A stretch of DNA of 64,000 bases from Mobula hypostoma (lineage: Eukaryota): positions 158,722,001-158,786,000 of the forward strand of contig NC_086097.1 in assembly GCF_963921235.1 (NCBI RefSeq). The letters run 5' to 3'. The position numbers and the translations under genes are program-made. How positions within the stretch are numbered: the stretch's first letter is position 1; the number at the start of each line of letters is the position of its first letter. Below are positions 10,155-23,259 of the stretch, one piece after another. Below the pieces are notes generated by a model. The model saw only the letters and a list, made by a program, of their open reading frames with translations, made no database searches and was not told the origin of the DNA.

Positions 10155-13100
10155 CATTTCACACTTAACTGGATTGAACTCCATCTGCCACTTCTCAGCC
10201 CAGTTTTACATCCTATCAATGTCCAATTGTAACCTCTGACAACCCTCCACACTATCCAGAACACCTCCATCCTTTGTGTCATCAGCAAACTTACCAACCC
10301 ATCCCTTCACTTCCTCAACCAGGTCATTTCTAAAAATCACGAAGAGTAAGGGTCCCAGAACAGATCCCTGAGGCACACCACTGATCACTGACCTCCATGC
10401 ACAATATGACCCGTCTACAACTACTCTTTGCTTTCTGTGGGCAAGCCAGTTCTGGATCCCATGCCTCCTTACCTTCTCAATAAGCCTTACATGGGGTAAA
10501 TTGTCAAATGCCTTGCTGAAATCCATATACACTGCATCTCCTGCTCTTCCTTCATCAATGTGTTTAGTCACATCCTCAAAAAATTCAATCAGGCTCGTAA
10601 GGCATGACCTGCCCTTGACAAAGCCATGCTGACTATTCCTAATCATATTAACCTCTCCAAATATTCATAAATCCTGCCTCTCAGGATCTTCTCCATCAAC
10701 TTACCAACCACTGAGGTAAGGCTCACTGATCTACAATTTCCTGGGCTATCTCTACTCCCTTTCTTGAATAAAAGAACAACATCCGCAACCCTCCAATCCT
10801 CCAGAACCTCTCCCATCTCCATTGATGATGTAAAGATCATCGCCAGAGGCTCAGCAATCTCTTCCTTCGCCTCCCACAGTAGCCTGGGGTACATCTCATC
10901 CAGTCCCAGCGACTTATCCAACTTGAAGCTTTCCAAAAGCTCCAGCACATCCTCTTTCTTAGTATCTACATGCTCAAGCTTTTCAGTCTGCTGCAAGTCA
11001 GCACTACAATCACCAAGATCCTTTTCCACAGTGAATACTGAAGTAAGGTTTTCATTAAGTACCTCCACTATTACCTCAGGTTGCATACATACTTTCCCAC
11101 TGTCACTTGATAGGACCTATTCTTTCACGAATTATCCTCTTGCCCTTCACATACTTGTAGAATGCCTTGGGGTTTTCCTTAATCCTGCCTGCTAAGGCCT
11201 TCTCATGGTCCATTCTGGCTCTCCTAATTTCCTTCTTAAGCTCCTTCCTGCTAGCCTTATAATCTTCTAGATCTCTAACATTACCTAGCTCTCTGAACCT
11301 TTTGTAAGCTTTTCATTTCTTCTTGACTAGATTTATTACAGCCTTTGTATACCACGGTTCCTGTACCCTACCATAACTTCCCTGTCTCATTGGAACGTAC
11401 CCATGCAGAACCCCACACAAATATCCCATGAATATTTGCCACATTTCTTCTGTACTTTTCCCTGAGAACTTCTGTTTCCAATTTAAGCTTCCAATTTCCT
11501 GCCTAATAGCATCATAATTCCCCTTACTCCAATTAAACACTTTTCTAACTTGTCTATTCCTTTCTCTCCCCAATGCTATTGTAAAGGAGATAGAATTATG
11601 ATCACTATCTCCAAAATGCTCTCCCACTGAGAGATCTGACACCTGACCAGGTTCATTTCCCAATACTAATTCAAGTACAGCCTCTCCTCTTGTAGGCTTA
11701 CCTACATATTGTGTCAAGAAACCTCCCTGAACACACCTAACAAACTCCACCCCTTCTAAACCCCTTGCTCTAGCGAGATTCCAATCGATATTTGGGAAAT
11801 TAAAATCTCCCATCATGACAACTCTTGTTATTACACCTTTCGAGGATCTGTTTTCCAATCTGCTCCTCAATATCCCTGTTACTATTGGGCGGCCTATAAA
11901 ACACACCCAGTAAAGTGATTGACCCCTTCCTGTTACTGAACTCCACTCACAGAGACTCAGTAGACAATCCCTCCATGGCGTCCACCTTTTCTGCAGCCGT
12001 GACACTATCTCTGATGAACTGTGCCACCTCTTTTGCCTCCCTCCCTGTCCTTTCTGAAACATCTAAAACCCGGCACTTGAAGTAACCATTCTTGTCCCTG
12101 AGCCATTCAAGTCACTGTAATGGCCACTACCTCATATCTCCAAGTACTGATCCACGCCCTAAGCTCATCCGCTTTGTTTACAACACTCCTTGCGTTAAAA
12201 TAGACGCATCTCAAACCTTCAGTCTGAGCGTGCCCCTTCTCTATCATCTACCTATGCTCCCTCTCATACTGTCTACAAGCTTTCTCTATTTGTGAGCCAA
12301 CTGCCCCTTCCTCTATCTCTTCAGTTAGGTTCCTTCCCCCCAACAATTCTAGTTTAAACTCTCCCCAGTAGCATTAGCAAACCTCCCCGCCAGGATATTG
12401 GTCCCCTTGCGATTGAAGTGCAATCTGTCCTTTTTGTGTAGGTTACACCTGCCCCAAAGAGGTCCCAATGATCCAGAAATCTGAATCTCTGCCCCCTGCT
12501 CCCAATCTCTCAGCCACACATTTATCCTCCACCTCATTCTATTCCTATTCTCACTGTCATGTGGCACAGGCAGTAATCCCAAGATTACTACCTTTGTGGT
12601 CCTGCTTCTTAACTTCCTTCCTAACCCCCTGTAGTCTGTTTTCAGGACCCCTTCCCTTTTCCTACCTATGTCGTTGGTACCAATATGTACCACGACATCT
12701 GGCTGTTCTCCCTTCCGCTGCAGGATACCTTGGACGCGACCTGAAACATCCCGGACCCTGGCACCTGGGAAGCAAACTACCATCCGAGTTTCTTTCCTGC
12801 ATCCACAGAATCACCTGTCTGTCCCCTTAACTATAGACTAACTATCACTACTGCTTTCCTCTTCCTTTCCCTACCCATCTGAGCCACAGGGCCAAACTCT
12901 GTGCCAGAGGCACGGCCACTGTCGCTTCCCCCAGGTAGGCTGTCTCCACCCCCCCCCCCCCCCAGCAGTACTCAAACAGGAGTACTTATTGTCAAGGGGT
13001 ACAGCCACAGGAGTACTCTCTAGTACCTGACCTTTCCCCTTCCCCCTCCTGACTGTGACCCACTTGTCTGTCTCCCGTGGCCCCGGTGTGACCACCTGCC

Positions 13101-13408
13101 TATAACTCCTTTCTATCACCTCCTCGCTCTCCCTGACCAGGTGAAGGTCATTGAGCTGCATCTCCAGTTCCATAACTCGGTCCCTCAAGAGCTGCAGCTC
13201 GACACACCAGGTACAGATATGGCCGTCCAGGAGGCTGGGAGACTCCAGAGCCTCCCACATCTGACACCGAGCACAGAAAACTGGCCTCACACACATACTT
13301 CCTCCTTTCCGCAAATAACACCGGTAAACCTACCTCGCCGCGACCCATTACCACCTAAGCCCGTTGAGCCAAAGCCCTGTCACTCTGCTGCCTGCTAGGT
13401 ATGGCGGT

Positions 13409-13444
13409 CTTTTTAAATCTTTTGCGCTCTATTGGCTGACGTCA
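13409..13444 (-). promoter_or_regulatory. CRE + CCAAT + TATA-like cluster in the CR1 5' UTR
   Basis: Minus strand TGACGTCA-G-CCAAT-N13-TTTAAAAAG upstream of ORF1. Confidence 0.45.
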
Positions 13445-14302
13445 CGCGCCTGCACAGTCTTGCCTCTCTTTTATCCCGAGTGGTACAAACTGCCTTGGTT
13501 CCGAAAATCAGCCATTCACTCACAGCTTTCCTGCTCCAAATAATCATGATTGATTATGCTGGCTGTTTTACTGAGGCAGAGTCCACAGAGTAGAGGCTAG
13601 TTCTTGTGTTGTGGTAAGTTCTGTTCACAACACTCTGTAGTTTCTTACAGTTACTTGCGGGGCAGTTGCCATACCAAGCTGTTGGTAAGAGTTGACGGGG
13701 CATACCAAATTTCTTCAGCCTCCTGAAGAAGTAGAGGAGTTGTTGAGGTTTCTTGGTCATGACATCAACGTAGCTGAACCAGGACAGGACAAGCTATTGA
13801 TAATATTCACACCAAGGAACTCGAAGCCGTCAAGCCTCTCAACCTCACCACCATTGACATAGGCAAGAGCCTGTGTACTGCTCCCCTTTCTGAAGTCAAT
13901 GACCAGTTCTTTTGTAAACGTTCACAGAAAGGTTGTTGAAATGACATCATATCATAAAGCTCTCTGTATTCTTCCTGTACTCCAACTCATTGTTATTTGA
14001 TATATGACCCACTGCAGTGGTTTCATCTACAAACTTGCAGATGGAGTTAGAGCAGAATCGGGCCACACACTCATGAGTGTACAAGAAGTAGAGTAGGAAG
14101 CTGAGGACATAACCTTGTGATAATTGTTTGAGCTATTTGATTGTTGGCCAGGCATAAATGGAGAAGGGGAACATCTAAGTGTTGTTCAAGTTTGGCTACT
14201 TTGGACTTTGGAGACCAGGACAAATAGCATAAGAGTGCATATCCAGCATTTACTGTTGCCAATAATATCAATGGCCCAGCATACACCTATATACCAACTA
14301 TA

Positions 14303-14650
14303 GACACAAGAGACGGCAGATGATCATTAGACGCTGCAATTTGGAGCAAAAGAAAACAAGTTGTTGGAGGATTTCAGCAAGTCAAACAGCATCTGGACTG
14401 GGAAATACAGGGAACTGGGTCAGGCCCTTCAACATACTAGTGTTATATATGAGTGTAAGAGCAGCTAGCCCCTACCTACTGTTGGGGACCTTGACCTGGA
14501 GACTGACAGAGGAGCAGTAGGATCCAGGCTTTGTATTGGGAGCTCTCACTTAGAGGCAGTCCAGATGAAAGGTCCCGACACAAAATGGTGACTGTCCATT
14601 TTCCTCCACAGATGCTGCCTGACCTGTGAATTTGCTCCAGCAACTTTGTG
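14303..14650. repeat. Old fold-back PLE-derived element with degenerate hammerhead (14558-14595)
   Basis: An inverted copy of the PLE tail at 14303-14395 faces a forward copy at 14558-14650. Confidence 0.55.
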
Positions 14651-14664
14651 TACCAATTAGAGAG

Positions 14665-15415
14665 ATCTGAATTTGAATTGACTTTATCACTTACATCTTT
14701 CACATACATGAGGAGTAAAAATCTTTATATTACATCTCCGTCTAAAAGTGCAATTTATAGTAATTTGTAATAAATAGTGTGTCAATATAACATAGAAATA
14801 CACTTGTATCGGCGTGAATTAATCAGTCTGATGGCCTGGTGGAAGAAGATGTCCCAGAGCCTGTTGGTTTTATACTGCAGTATCATTTCCCAGATGGTAG
14901 CAGCTGGAACAGTTTGTGGTTGCAGTGACTTGGGTTCCCAATGATCCTACAGGCCCTTTTTACACGCCTGTCTTTGTAAGTGACCTGAATAGTGGAAAGT
15001 TCACATCTACAGATATGCTGGGCTGTCCGCACTACTCTCTGCAGAGTTCAGCAATTGAGGGAAGTACAGTTCCAATGCCAGGTAGAGATGCAGCCAGCTG
15101 GGACGCTTTAAGCCCTGTAGAAAGTTGTTAGCATCTGGGGACTCATGCCAAACTTCTTCAACCGTCTGAGCTGAAAGAGGCGCTATTGTGCTTTTTTCAC
15201 CACACAGCTGGTATGTACAGACCACATGAGATCCTCGGTGATGTGTATGCTGAGAAAATTAAAGCTGTTCACCCTCTCAACCTCAGATTCATCGATGTCA
15301 ATAGGGGTTAGCCTGTCTTCATTCCTCCTGTGGTCCACAACCAGCTCCTTTGTTTTTGCAACATTGCGACATTGGTTGTTTTCTTGTGGATGATCAGCAT
15401 GTTTCTGTCCCATTC
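14665..15415 (-). mobile_element. Rex1/Babar-like LINE fragment
   Basis: NVAKTKELVVDHRR..ERVNSFNFLSIHITEDL..KKAQ in ORF 15183-15413. Confidence 0.8.
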
Positions 15416-15589
15416 ACTGTAGCCAAGTATTGAGAAGATGAGATCTGAACAATAACACATGAGGGTTTAGTGTTGGTTTGGTGTTCCACTTTATTCAAAG
15501 TGGCTATGCAGAGTGGGTGAGTAATAATAGAAAAAATGTGGGATGCCATTCCTCAGAAATACAGCCTTATCCCTATCTTGATCCTTACT

Positions 15590-15905
15590 TACATTCTCAT
15601 CTTTGGCAGTATCTCTGAAAACACTGCATGAGTTTTCACAGATATGTCGATGAAATCCAGTTTCACCTCACCATATCCTCTTCCACTTTCTCTAGTGTCT
15701 CTAAATTGTCAGGCTGCCAGCCCAATATCCTGGAAAGGAGAATGGACATCTTCTTCAAGCATTGGGAGGACTAATGCCATTGTCTTTCGTTTCTGCTATA
15801 AAATCTTCCTTACCTACCAACTCTGTGGTAGCTGTCTGAAACTGAGACCAACACTATTCACAACCTTGGTGTCATATCTGATGTTGAGTTGATTTTCAGG
15901 TTTGC
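15590..15905 (+). mobile_element. Ancient L2-like LINE RT fragment
   Basis: Degenerate YVDEIQ.., IGRTNAIVF and HNLGVISD resembling L2 YADDTQ / IGKTEAIVF / RNLGVIFD. Confidence 0.5.
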
Positions 15906-16309
15906 CACGTACGTTCTTTTGTTTCTGGAAAGATAGGAGAAAAGGATTGATTCTAAGTGACAGAGGAATGGAATCAGAAGGGCCACTTTATAGAGTTGTC
16001 CTTATAGCTCCAAAATATGGACTAGGAGAGGTCAACATGGTTGTGAACGTGGCTGGAAATCTAAAATAAACATATTTAATGCCAGAATATTCAGCAGATG
16101 AAGCAACATCTGTGGGAAGAGAAACAGGGTTAATGTTTCAGTTTGAACAAGGACCACAAAACATGGAAACGCTGCCACCACCTGCAGTTTTCCCTTTGAG
16201 TCGCACACCATACTACCTGAGGAAAAACATAGTCATTCCTTTAATAATGCTGGATCCAAATCCCATATCACATGCCTAAAAAAACTGAGGTAGTGTTTTC
16301 TCAGAGTCG

Positions 16310-16497
16310 CAGATATGAGGAAGTTTGCATATGCTGGAAATCTAGAGCAGCAGACAAGATGGTGGAGGAACTTAGCAGGCATCATCTGTGGAGGGAAATA
16401 GTCAACATGTTGAATCAAGACCCATCATGGGGACTCATTAATGATGTCCATTCCCTCCATAGATGCTACCTGATTTGCTGAGAACCTACAGTGTTTG
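16310..16497. repeat. Fold-back PLE-derived element (old)
   Basis: CAGCAGG..CATCTGTGGAGGGAA / TTCCCTCCATAGATG..TGCTGAG inverted arms; flanking GTGTTT(T)CTCAGA direct repeats. Confidence 0.55.
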
Positions 16498-16506
16498 GTG
16501 TTTCTC

Positions 16507-17990
16507 AGAATCAGAATTTGATTGATTACCACTAACTTCTATGACATGAAATTTGTTGGTTTGTACCAGCAATACAGTGCAAAGACATGAATCTACTTTA
16601 AATATAAAATAAAAAATGGATAAAAAAGAATCATGTGGTCAGGTTCGTGGGTTTATGGATCATTCAGAGATCTGATGGCAAGGTGGGTGAAGCTGTTGCT
16701 GTAGTTTCTCCCTGATGGTATTAATGGGAAGAGGGCATGTCTCAGATGGTGGGGTCCTCAGCGATGGTTGCTGACTTCTTGAGGCACTACATCTTGAAGA
16801 AGGTGAGAAGGGTTGTTTCTGAGTCAGAACTGGCTGAGTCTACAACTCTTTGCAGCTTCTTGCAGTCCTGTGCATTATTGGCTCAAGCCAGGCTGCTAAG
16901 CAACCAGTCAGAATGCTCTCCACTGTACATCTATAGAAATGTCTTTGGTAACTACCAAGCCTCCTCAAACTCTAAACAAAGTAGAGCCTCTGGTACATCT
17001 TCTTTGTGATCGCATTAGTAGGCTGGTTCCAGACTAGATCCTCCAAAACGCTGATGCCCAGGAACTTGAAGCTGCTTTCCCTTTACACACTGATGTGTGT
17101 TCTCCTTACTTTCCTCTCCTGAAATCAACAATTAATTCCTTGGTTCACTGATGTTGTTTATGAAGTTCTTGTTGTGACACCACTCAACTGGCCAAACTAT
17201 CTCACTCCTGTACACCACTTTGTCACCATCGGAGGTTTTCCCAACAACAGTGGTGTTATCTGTAGATGATGTTTAAGCCATGCCTAACCACACAGTCGTG
17301 ACTGTAGAGAGAGTAGTGCATTGGACTAAGCATGCATCCTCAAGGTGTGCCTGTTTTGTTTGCCAGTGCTTAAGAGATCTTATCACCAATCCATATTGAC
17401 TGTGGTCTCCCAATGGGAAAGTTGATGATCTAGTACAAAGACCCATGTTTTGAAGTTTTATGGTTAGTACTGAGAGGATGATGGTGTTGAAACTGCAACT
17501 GATATAAAGTAGCCTTGCATAGATTCTGATGTCATTTAGGTGCTCCAAAGCCAAGCGGAAAGCTAATAAAATTGCGTCTATTGTAGACCTGTTGTGGCAA
17601 TAGGTGAATTACGGTGCATACTGGTCCTTGCTGAGGCAGAAGTTCATTCTAGCCGTAACCAGCCTCGCATATGCTTTATCACAGTAAATGTGAGTGCTAC
17701 CAGGTTGGAGTTATTAAGGCAGTTCACACTGCTCTTCTTGGGCACGGGTATAATTGATGCCCTTTTGAAGTGGTGAGAGATTGAAAATGTCCTTGAACAC
17801 TCCAGCTATTTGGTCATCACAGGTTTTCAGTGTCCTGCCAAGTACACCAGCAGGACCTGGTGCCTTCCAAGGGTTCACCCTCTTGAGGGAATGTTCTGAC
17901 ATTGGCCTCTGAGACAGAGATCACAGGCTTTATGGATGTTGTGGGCTTTCACGTAGGTATAGTGCTAAACTCCCTTTCAAAGTGTACATA
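16507..17990 (-). mobile_element. Rex1/Babar-like LINE fragment
   Basis: [37 protein letters not shown] and YARLL..SFNTII motifs; (TCTGAT) tail. Confidence 0.8.
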
Positions 17991-19083
17991 GAAGATTCAT
18001 CCATGATTGTACTAATCCAAGAAGGCAAATCACTACTCAAGGAATTTTAGCAAAGAGCAATAAGCACTGTCCTGCTGGCAACACCTACATTGAAACTGTA
18101 AATAAAAACAATATGTCTATAAAACAGAATAAGATAAAAAAAAATTGAATTTGATTATAATGGTGAGAAACATTTTTTTCAGTGAAAAGTGTCAAATAAC
18201 CTAACTTAGTTGCTGTAAGGAAAGCATTTCATTCACATTCTGGGATAATTTATTTGAATAAAAGAGCTCAAAGACTCTGCATTTATCTCGCCATCTGAGC
18301 TTTTAAAATCTACATTAGGAGGGAACATAGCAGTAAGGAGCTCAGAGTGTGAGGTCCTCAGAGTAGAAGACATTTCAATGATTCTCGAGTTAACTGTGAT
18401 AGGGATTGGAACTACAGAGAGAATGTCGGACAGTTAACAGAGCAGCATACAAAGCCAATGTAGAGATGTTATTTGTTATTACATATATGCTGTGTTAGCG
18501 ATTTTGATGCATCCATTGTTTCAATAATGCATTATCACTTACACATATCGGCGTGGTTTACAACCTCTGGTAGCTAACTTTCTCTACTAGCACCCAGGAA
18601 TTTACGAGGCTGCCTTTTCCCTCTGAACTTACATAAAATTACTGCTGGCTGCTAATGATTTTGCTCTACACTGCCTGTGTAGTTTCTCCAGGGTGCATGT
18701 ATCAAAAAAACACAGTTGTCACAAAACAGAATAGATGTGGAATCTGCAAATGTGCTCCTCTGAGACCCACATTTAGGCCCAATGCCATCATGCAAATATT
18801 TTCTGTTTTATTACTCAGAGCAGGTGCCAAGAATCTTATCAGTTGCTCTGATGGATCAAAGAATATCTCATTTCTTGTCAATGGGAATCATCTCATTTAA
18901 CATGAGCTAGTAGTGTCAGCATTCTTACAACAGTCCCTACAAAAGTGTATTTCAATAATTAAGTGCCATAGGCAAAGCGCAGGTTCTTAAATTCATTTGA
19001 GGTGTTGAGGATTGGGAAGGGGAAGGCATCTTATTCGAGGCAACTGGAAATGCAATAGATATAATCTTTCATCTTGCTTATAA

Positions 19084-19617
19084 CAGACATCCTACCCTAC
19101 AAAAACTCATTTCAGGGAGGTAGCACCATCAATTTGCGGGAGACTTCCGGGAGGGGTGGGATGTCTGCAGTAGAGTAGCTCCTTAGCAGCTGGCCAGCTA
19201 GTTTAAATAATGTTAGCTATGCTAATGAACGAATGACACCTGTTAAACTCACCTCAACATGTCTTTTACAGTCTTAACCCACCATGGGCAATGGAAAAGT
19301 CACTGTTGTAAACAGTGCAGCAAGCAACACTGTCATTATTTTGACCCCTATTAGGCAGGGGTACACTTTAGTGTAGTCTGGGGTGATGTACGTTTTATTT
19401 TTTTTGGAACACTCTGCCATGGCGCGCTCTCGCTTTCTCGCACGCTCTCCCTCGTGCGTGCACTCTCTCTCGTGGTCACTTCCGCGCTCTCTTGTTTTCT
19501 CTCGCTCGCTCTCAAAAAAATTGATTTCCGTGATATTGTATATAATTTGCGGGCATCAGGGAGCCACTATTAATATGCGGGAGACTCCCGGAAGTTCCGA
19601 GAGAGGTGGGATGTCTG
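19084..19617. mobile_element. Non-autonomous DNA transposon with 6-bp TSD (copy 1)
   Basis: TIRs CAGACATCCTACC / GGTGGGATGTCTG; flanks TTATAA | TTATAA; homologous to 51308-51710. Confidence 0.85.
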
Positions 19618-19629
19618 TTATAATGAAGG

Positions 19630-20625
19630 ATAGTTTAGCTGAAATACATTGAGCTGGTGTAAGTAAGTGGGGGTCATTTTTAGGATAGCAAATTGCACGT
19701 CAGGAGGGACCTCACAATCTGGTCTGTCTGGGACCTTGATTTTATCCACATTGATGATATGATGAAGGATTATAACCAAATTTGCTACTGGTGCAAAGAC
19801 TGATGAGAAAGTAAATGAGAGGAATATGAAAATATATAGGTAAGCACAGGAGCTATCATTTGACAGGTTAAATGTAATGTTGGGAAATGTTAGGCTTTGA
19901 ACTTGGACAGAAAGAACAGGAAAACAGAATATTTTTTAACCGGAGAGAGATAACCAAATGTTATGGAGAGAGATATGGTTTGGGCTGTACTCTAAAACAG
20001 AGAATAGAGACAAGCACAGCAAGTAATTAAGAAGGTGAATACACTTTTGGTCATTATTGCAAGGAGAATGAGGCAGATAAGTGACAATGTACTACTTCCG
20101 CTTTATAGGGCATAGGGAAAACATGGAACACTGCACATGTTTTGTTTGAATTTGTAATGAAGAACACGCCTTTATGGGAGGCAGTTCACAGGAAGGGTCA
20201 CTAAGATGAAAGAGTTCTCTTCTGAAGAAAACTTGACCAGTTTGCGCATATAGTCATTTTGGTTTAGAAGAATGGGAGGTAAACAGAGTAGATGCTAAGG
20301 ATGTTCCCTTTCCAAATGAAATGCAGAAATATGGGAGTTTAATTTCAGAGAAGGGCGCACCTATTTATTACAGAGGTGAGATGGAGTAAGTGTTTCTCTC
20401 AGAGGATTGCAAATCTTTGGAATTCTTCACTCCAGAGAGCTGAGAAACTGACTCATTGAATATATTCAAGACTGCAATACATATAATTTTTGGATGATCG
20501 GGGGTGTGGAAGTTAGTACTTGTGGGGAATGGGGAAAGGGGACAAGATCAGATCAGCCATGACTTTGTTGAGTGATGGAACAGATTTGAAGGGCCTTAAA
20601 ACCCACTCCTGCTCCTTCTATGTTT
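19630..20625 (+). mobile_element. Old CR1/L3 RT-3' fragment
   Basis: Degenerate KFA..K and CR1 3' UTR (AGATCAGCCATGA..CCACTCCTGCTCCT). Confidence 0.65.
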
Positions 20626-21409
20626 ATGACACTGAATTTTGTCAATAAATAAACACATTCATAATGTTGAGCAACTTGTAAGTAGAAGAAATGCAAACAA
20701 GTTGTGCTTTTTAATTAAACTTAATGACTGCCTGCTGACCTAAACTGGCTGCTGATCTAGTACTGCCACCTTGTTAAAGTTCTCACTCTTATTTTCAAAT
20801 CACTTCATGCCTCATTTTTTTCTTTCTCAAAATTCCCTTTAGTATGAACCCTATTTTAATGGCTCCAATATTGGCAGTCATACCTTGAGCTGCTTGCCTT
20901 AGGTTCCAGACTTTTTTGTGGGTTGCCGAGGTGGGTTGGGTTTTGGTATTTTAACATCAGTAGTTCATAGTACTTACTGATATTTTGAATCCATTCTACT
21001 GAGTGTAAAATGCTGTATTTGTTTGCTTCATACACACAGGCAGATTGATGTGCTCTACTTTTTCTCCTGATAATGTTCTCAGACAGGCAAGAAAAGATTT
21101 CTTTTGTTCAAAAACAGCCAGTATTACTGATAATGGAGTAGACTATTTGGTATCAGTTTGAACTGCAAGGAAGTGACAGCTTCCGACATGAAGCCCCTTC
21201 ACACTGGTACAAGTGAATTCCTGATCCTGATCATTGATAGATAGAATTGGTGGGTTTATGTTAAAAAATATTTGGGCCATCACAGATAATGTACTAAGAA
21301 GCAAAGTATTTACTGAACATATTCTTGCCTTTGGTGCTTATTTTGTATTCTAAAGGGAATTTTCACACGACCACATTCAAGTGTAGAAGTATGCCAAATT
21401 GTTTGTCTC

Positions 21410-21548
21410 ATCCCGATGAAGGGTCTTAGCCCAAAATGTCAACTGTTTACTCTTTTCCATAGATGCCGTTTGGTCTACTGAGTTCCCCTGGCATTTTGTG
21501 TGTGTGTTGTTTAGATTTCCAGCATCTGCAGATTTTCTCAAGTTTCTG
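21410..21548 (+). repeat. PLE 3' fragment with degenerate hammerhead
   Basis: CCGATGAAGGGTCTTAGCCCAAAATGTCAACTG followed by the tail ending CCAGCATCTGCAGATTTTCT. Confidence 0.7.
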
Positions 21549-22557
21549 ATTTAAGAGTGACTGATATTAACATCCTTATATCTGCAGTATGTGTTAATTT
21601 GTGACTGAAAATTCATGATTCCATTTTTTTAAAATTTAAATTATGTGTAAATGATTGTTTTATATTTCAGGAATTTAGAAAGTTCAGATTTATTGTTGAA
21701 TGGGGCAGTTTTGTCTCCCATCCACTGGAATTTCAGCTCCATGCCCTTTCAAGATGAAAGTGGGGAAAGAGCCCTGGAAAATCATTGTCTCATGCCTCCC
21801 TCTAATCAAACTTTCTCTCTACCTCTGTAGCTCTCTCATTTTGCATGCCACAGTGCTGAGGACACACTGAGTTGCATAGAGGGGGAGAGAGTTTAAAAGA
21901 AGTAAGCGGGGCAGTCAGCACATTCTGCACGCCACAGTCCCAGAGGAGATATTGGATTATGCATAATTAGGCACTTGGCAAGGACCAGTAAAAAGAAGTT
22001 AGATTGAAGTGGAGTGGCCTTTGTGAGAATGGGCCAGTATTGGATTGGGAGTTGAGGCTTTGACTCATAAGGCTTCCCAGAGGAGAGGCGTAGGTCTCTC
22101 AGTAGGTTGATTTTTTTCATTAATTATTCTTTCTTTTTTTCTCATTGCACATTTAGAGCAGTGGGGATGCCAGAGAGGATAGTGAGATGCTCCACTTGCG
22201 GGATGTTGGATGTAGTCTCTGATAAACAACTCAAACAAAAATTGCACCTAGCTGTAGTTTCTACTAGACTGTGTGAAAGAGCTGGAGCTGGAACTGGATA
22301 TTCAGGAGGCCGAGGGATACAGGACATACAGGGAGATAGTTATACGTAAAGTGCAGGACACGTGTAACTGGGTGACCGTCAGGAGGTGGGAAAGGGACTA
22401 GGCAGCCAGTGCAGAGTACATTGTGGCAGTTCCCCTCAACGACAGGTATAATACTTTAGGTACCGTGGGGGGGGGGGGGGGTGAGGGTTGGGGATGAGCA
22501 AGCAGAGGAAATTCACAGCGTTCAGGTCTCTGGCAACAAGATTGGCACTGTGCCACC

Positions 22558-23257
22558 ATGAGACATAAGACCATAAGATATAGGAGCAGATTTAGGCCAT
22601 TTGGCCTATTGAGTCTACTCCACCATTTCATCATGGCTGATTCATTTCCCTGTCAGCACCAATCTTCTGCCTTCTCCCTGTAACCCCTAATGCCCTGACT
22701 AATCAAGATTCTATCATCTTCTGCCTTAAATATACCAAATGACTTGGCCTTTACATCTGTCTATAGCAATGAATTCCCCAGATTCATCATTCTCTGACTA
22801 AAGAAGTTCATCCTCATCTCTGTTCTAAATGGACATCCCTCTATTCTGATGCTGCGTGCTCTTATCCTAGACTCCTTCACCGTAGGAAACATACTCTTTT
22901 GTTTTAATATTCTAGTCCTCTCAAAATGAATGCTAACATTGCATTTGCCTTCCTCACTGCAGATTCAACCTGCAAATTAACCTCTAGGGATTCCTGCATG
23001 AGGACTCCCAAGTCCACTTGCACCTTGGATTTTTGAATTTTCTCTCCACTTAGAAAATAGTTTATGCTTTTATTTCTTCTACCAAAGTGCATGACCATAA
23101 CTTCCTGGCACTGTATTTCATTTGCCACCTTTTTGCCCATTCTCCTGATCTGTCTAAGCTTTCCTGCAGCCTCTGCCTCCTCTAGTACCAGCCCCTCCAC
23201 CTTTCTTGGAATTGTCCGCAAACTTGGCTACAAATTCCATCAACCAAATGATTGACA
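22558..23257 (-). mobile_element. CR1 3' fragment
   Basis: VMHFGRRN..DLGVLMQESL..RKANAMLAFI; (TCTTATGG)n tail at ~22560-22580. Confidence 0.85.
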
Positions 23258-23259
23258 TA

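Larger units (their letters stand above)
8073..13538 (-). mobile_element. Near full-length CR1 LINE (ORF1 + ORF2), decayed, with two nested insertions
   Basis: ORF1 CxxC finger (12871-13314) and SGNH esterase VHIGTND..DRLH (12349-12783). ORF2 APE MGDFN..GDSDH and RT QHGF, DFSKAFD, GVPQGSVLGP, KFADD. (TTCTATGT)n tail at 8073-8100. Confidence 0.93.
7985..14120 (-). mobile_element. Rex1/Babar-like LINE fragment split by the CR1 (pieces ~7985-8072 and 13545-14120)
   Basis: KKPQQLLYFFRRLKKFGM..AWYGNC motif in ORF 13554-13760; matching AATAAACCAATACCA tail at ~7985. Confidence 0.65.

Noticed and set aside
16286..16295. let-7-like TGAGGTAGT
   Set aside because: Only the seed matches; no mature sequence or precursor hairpin.
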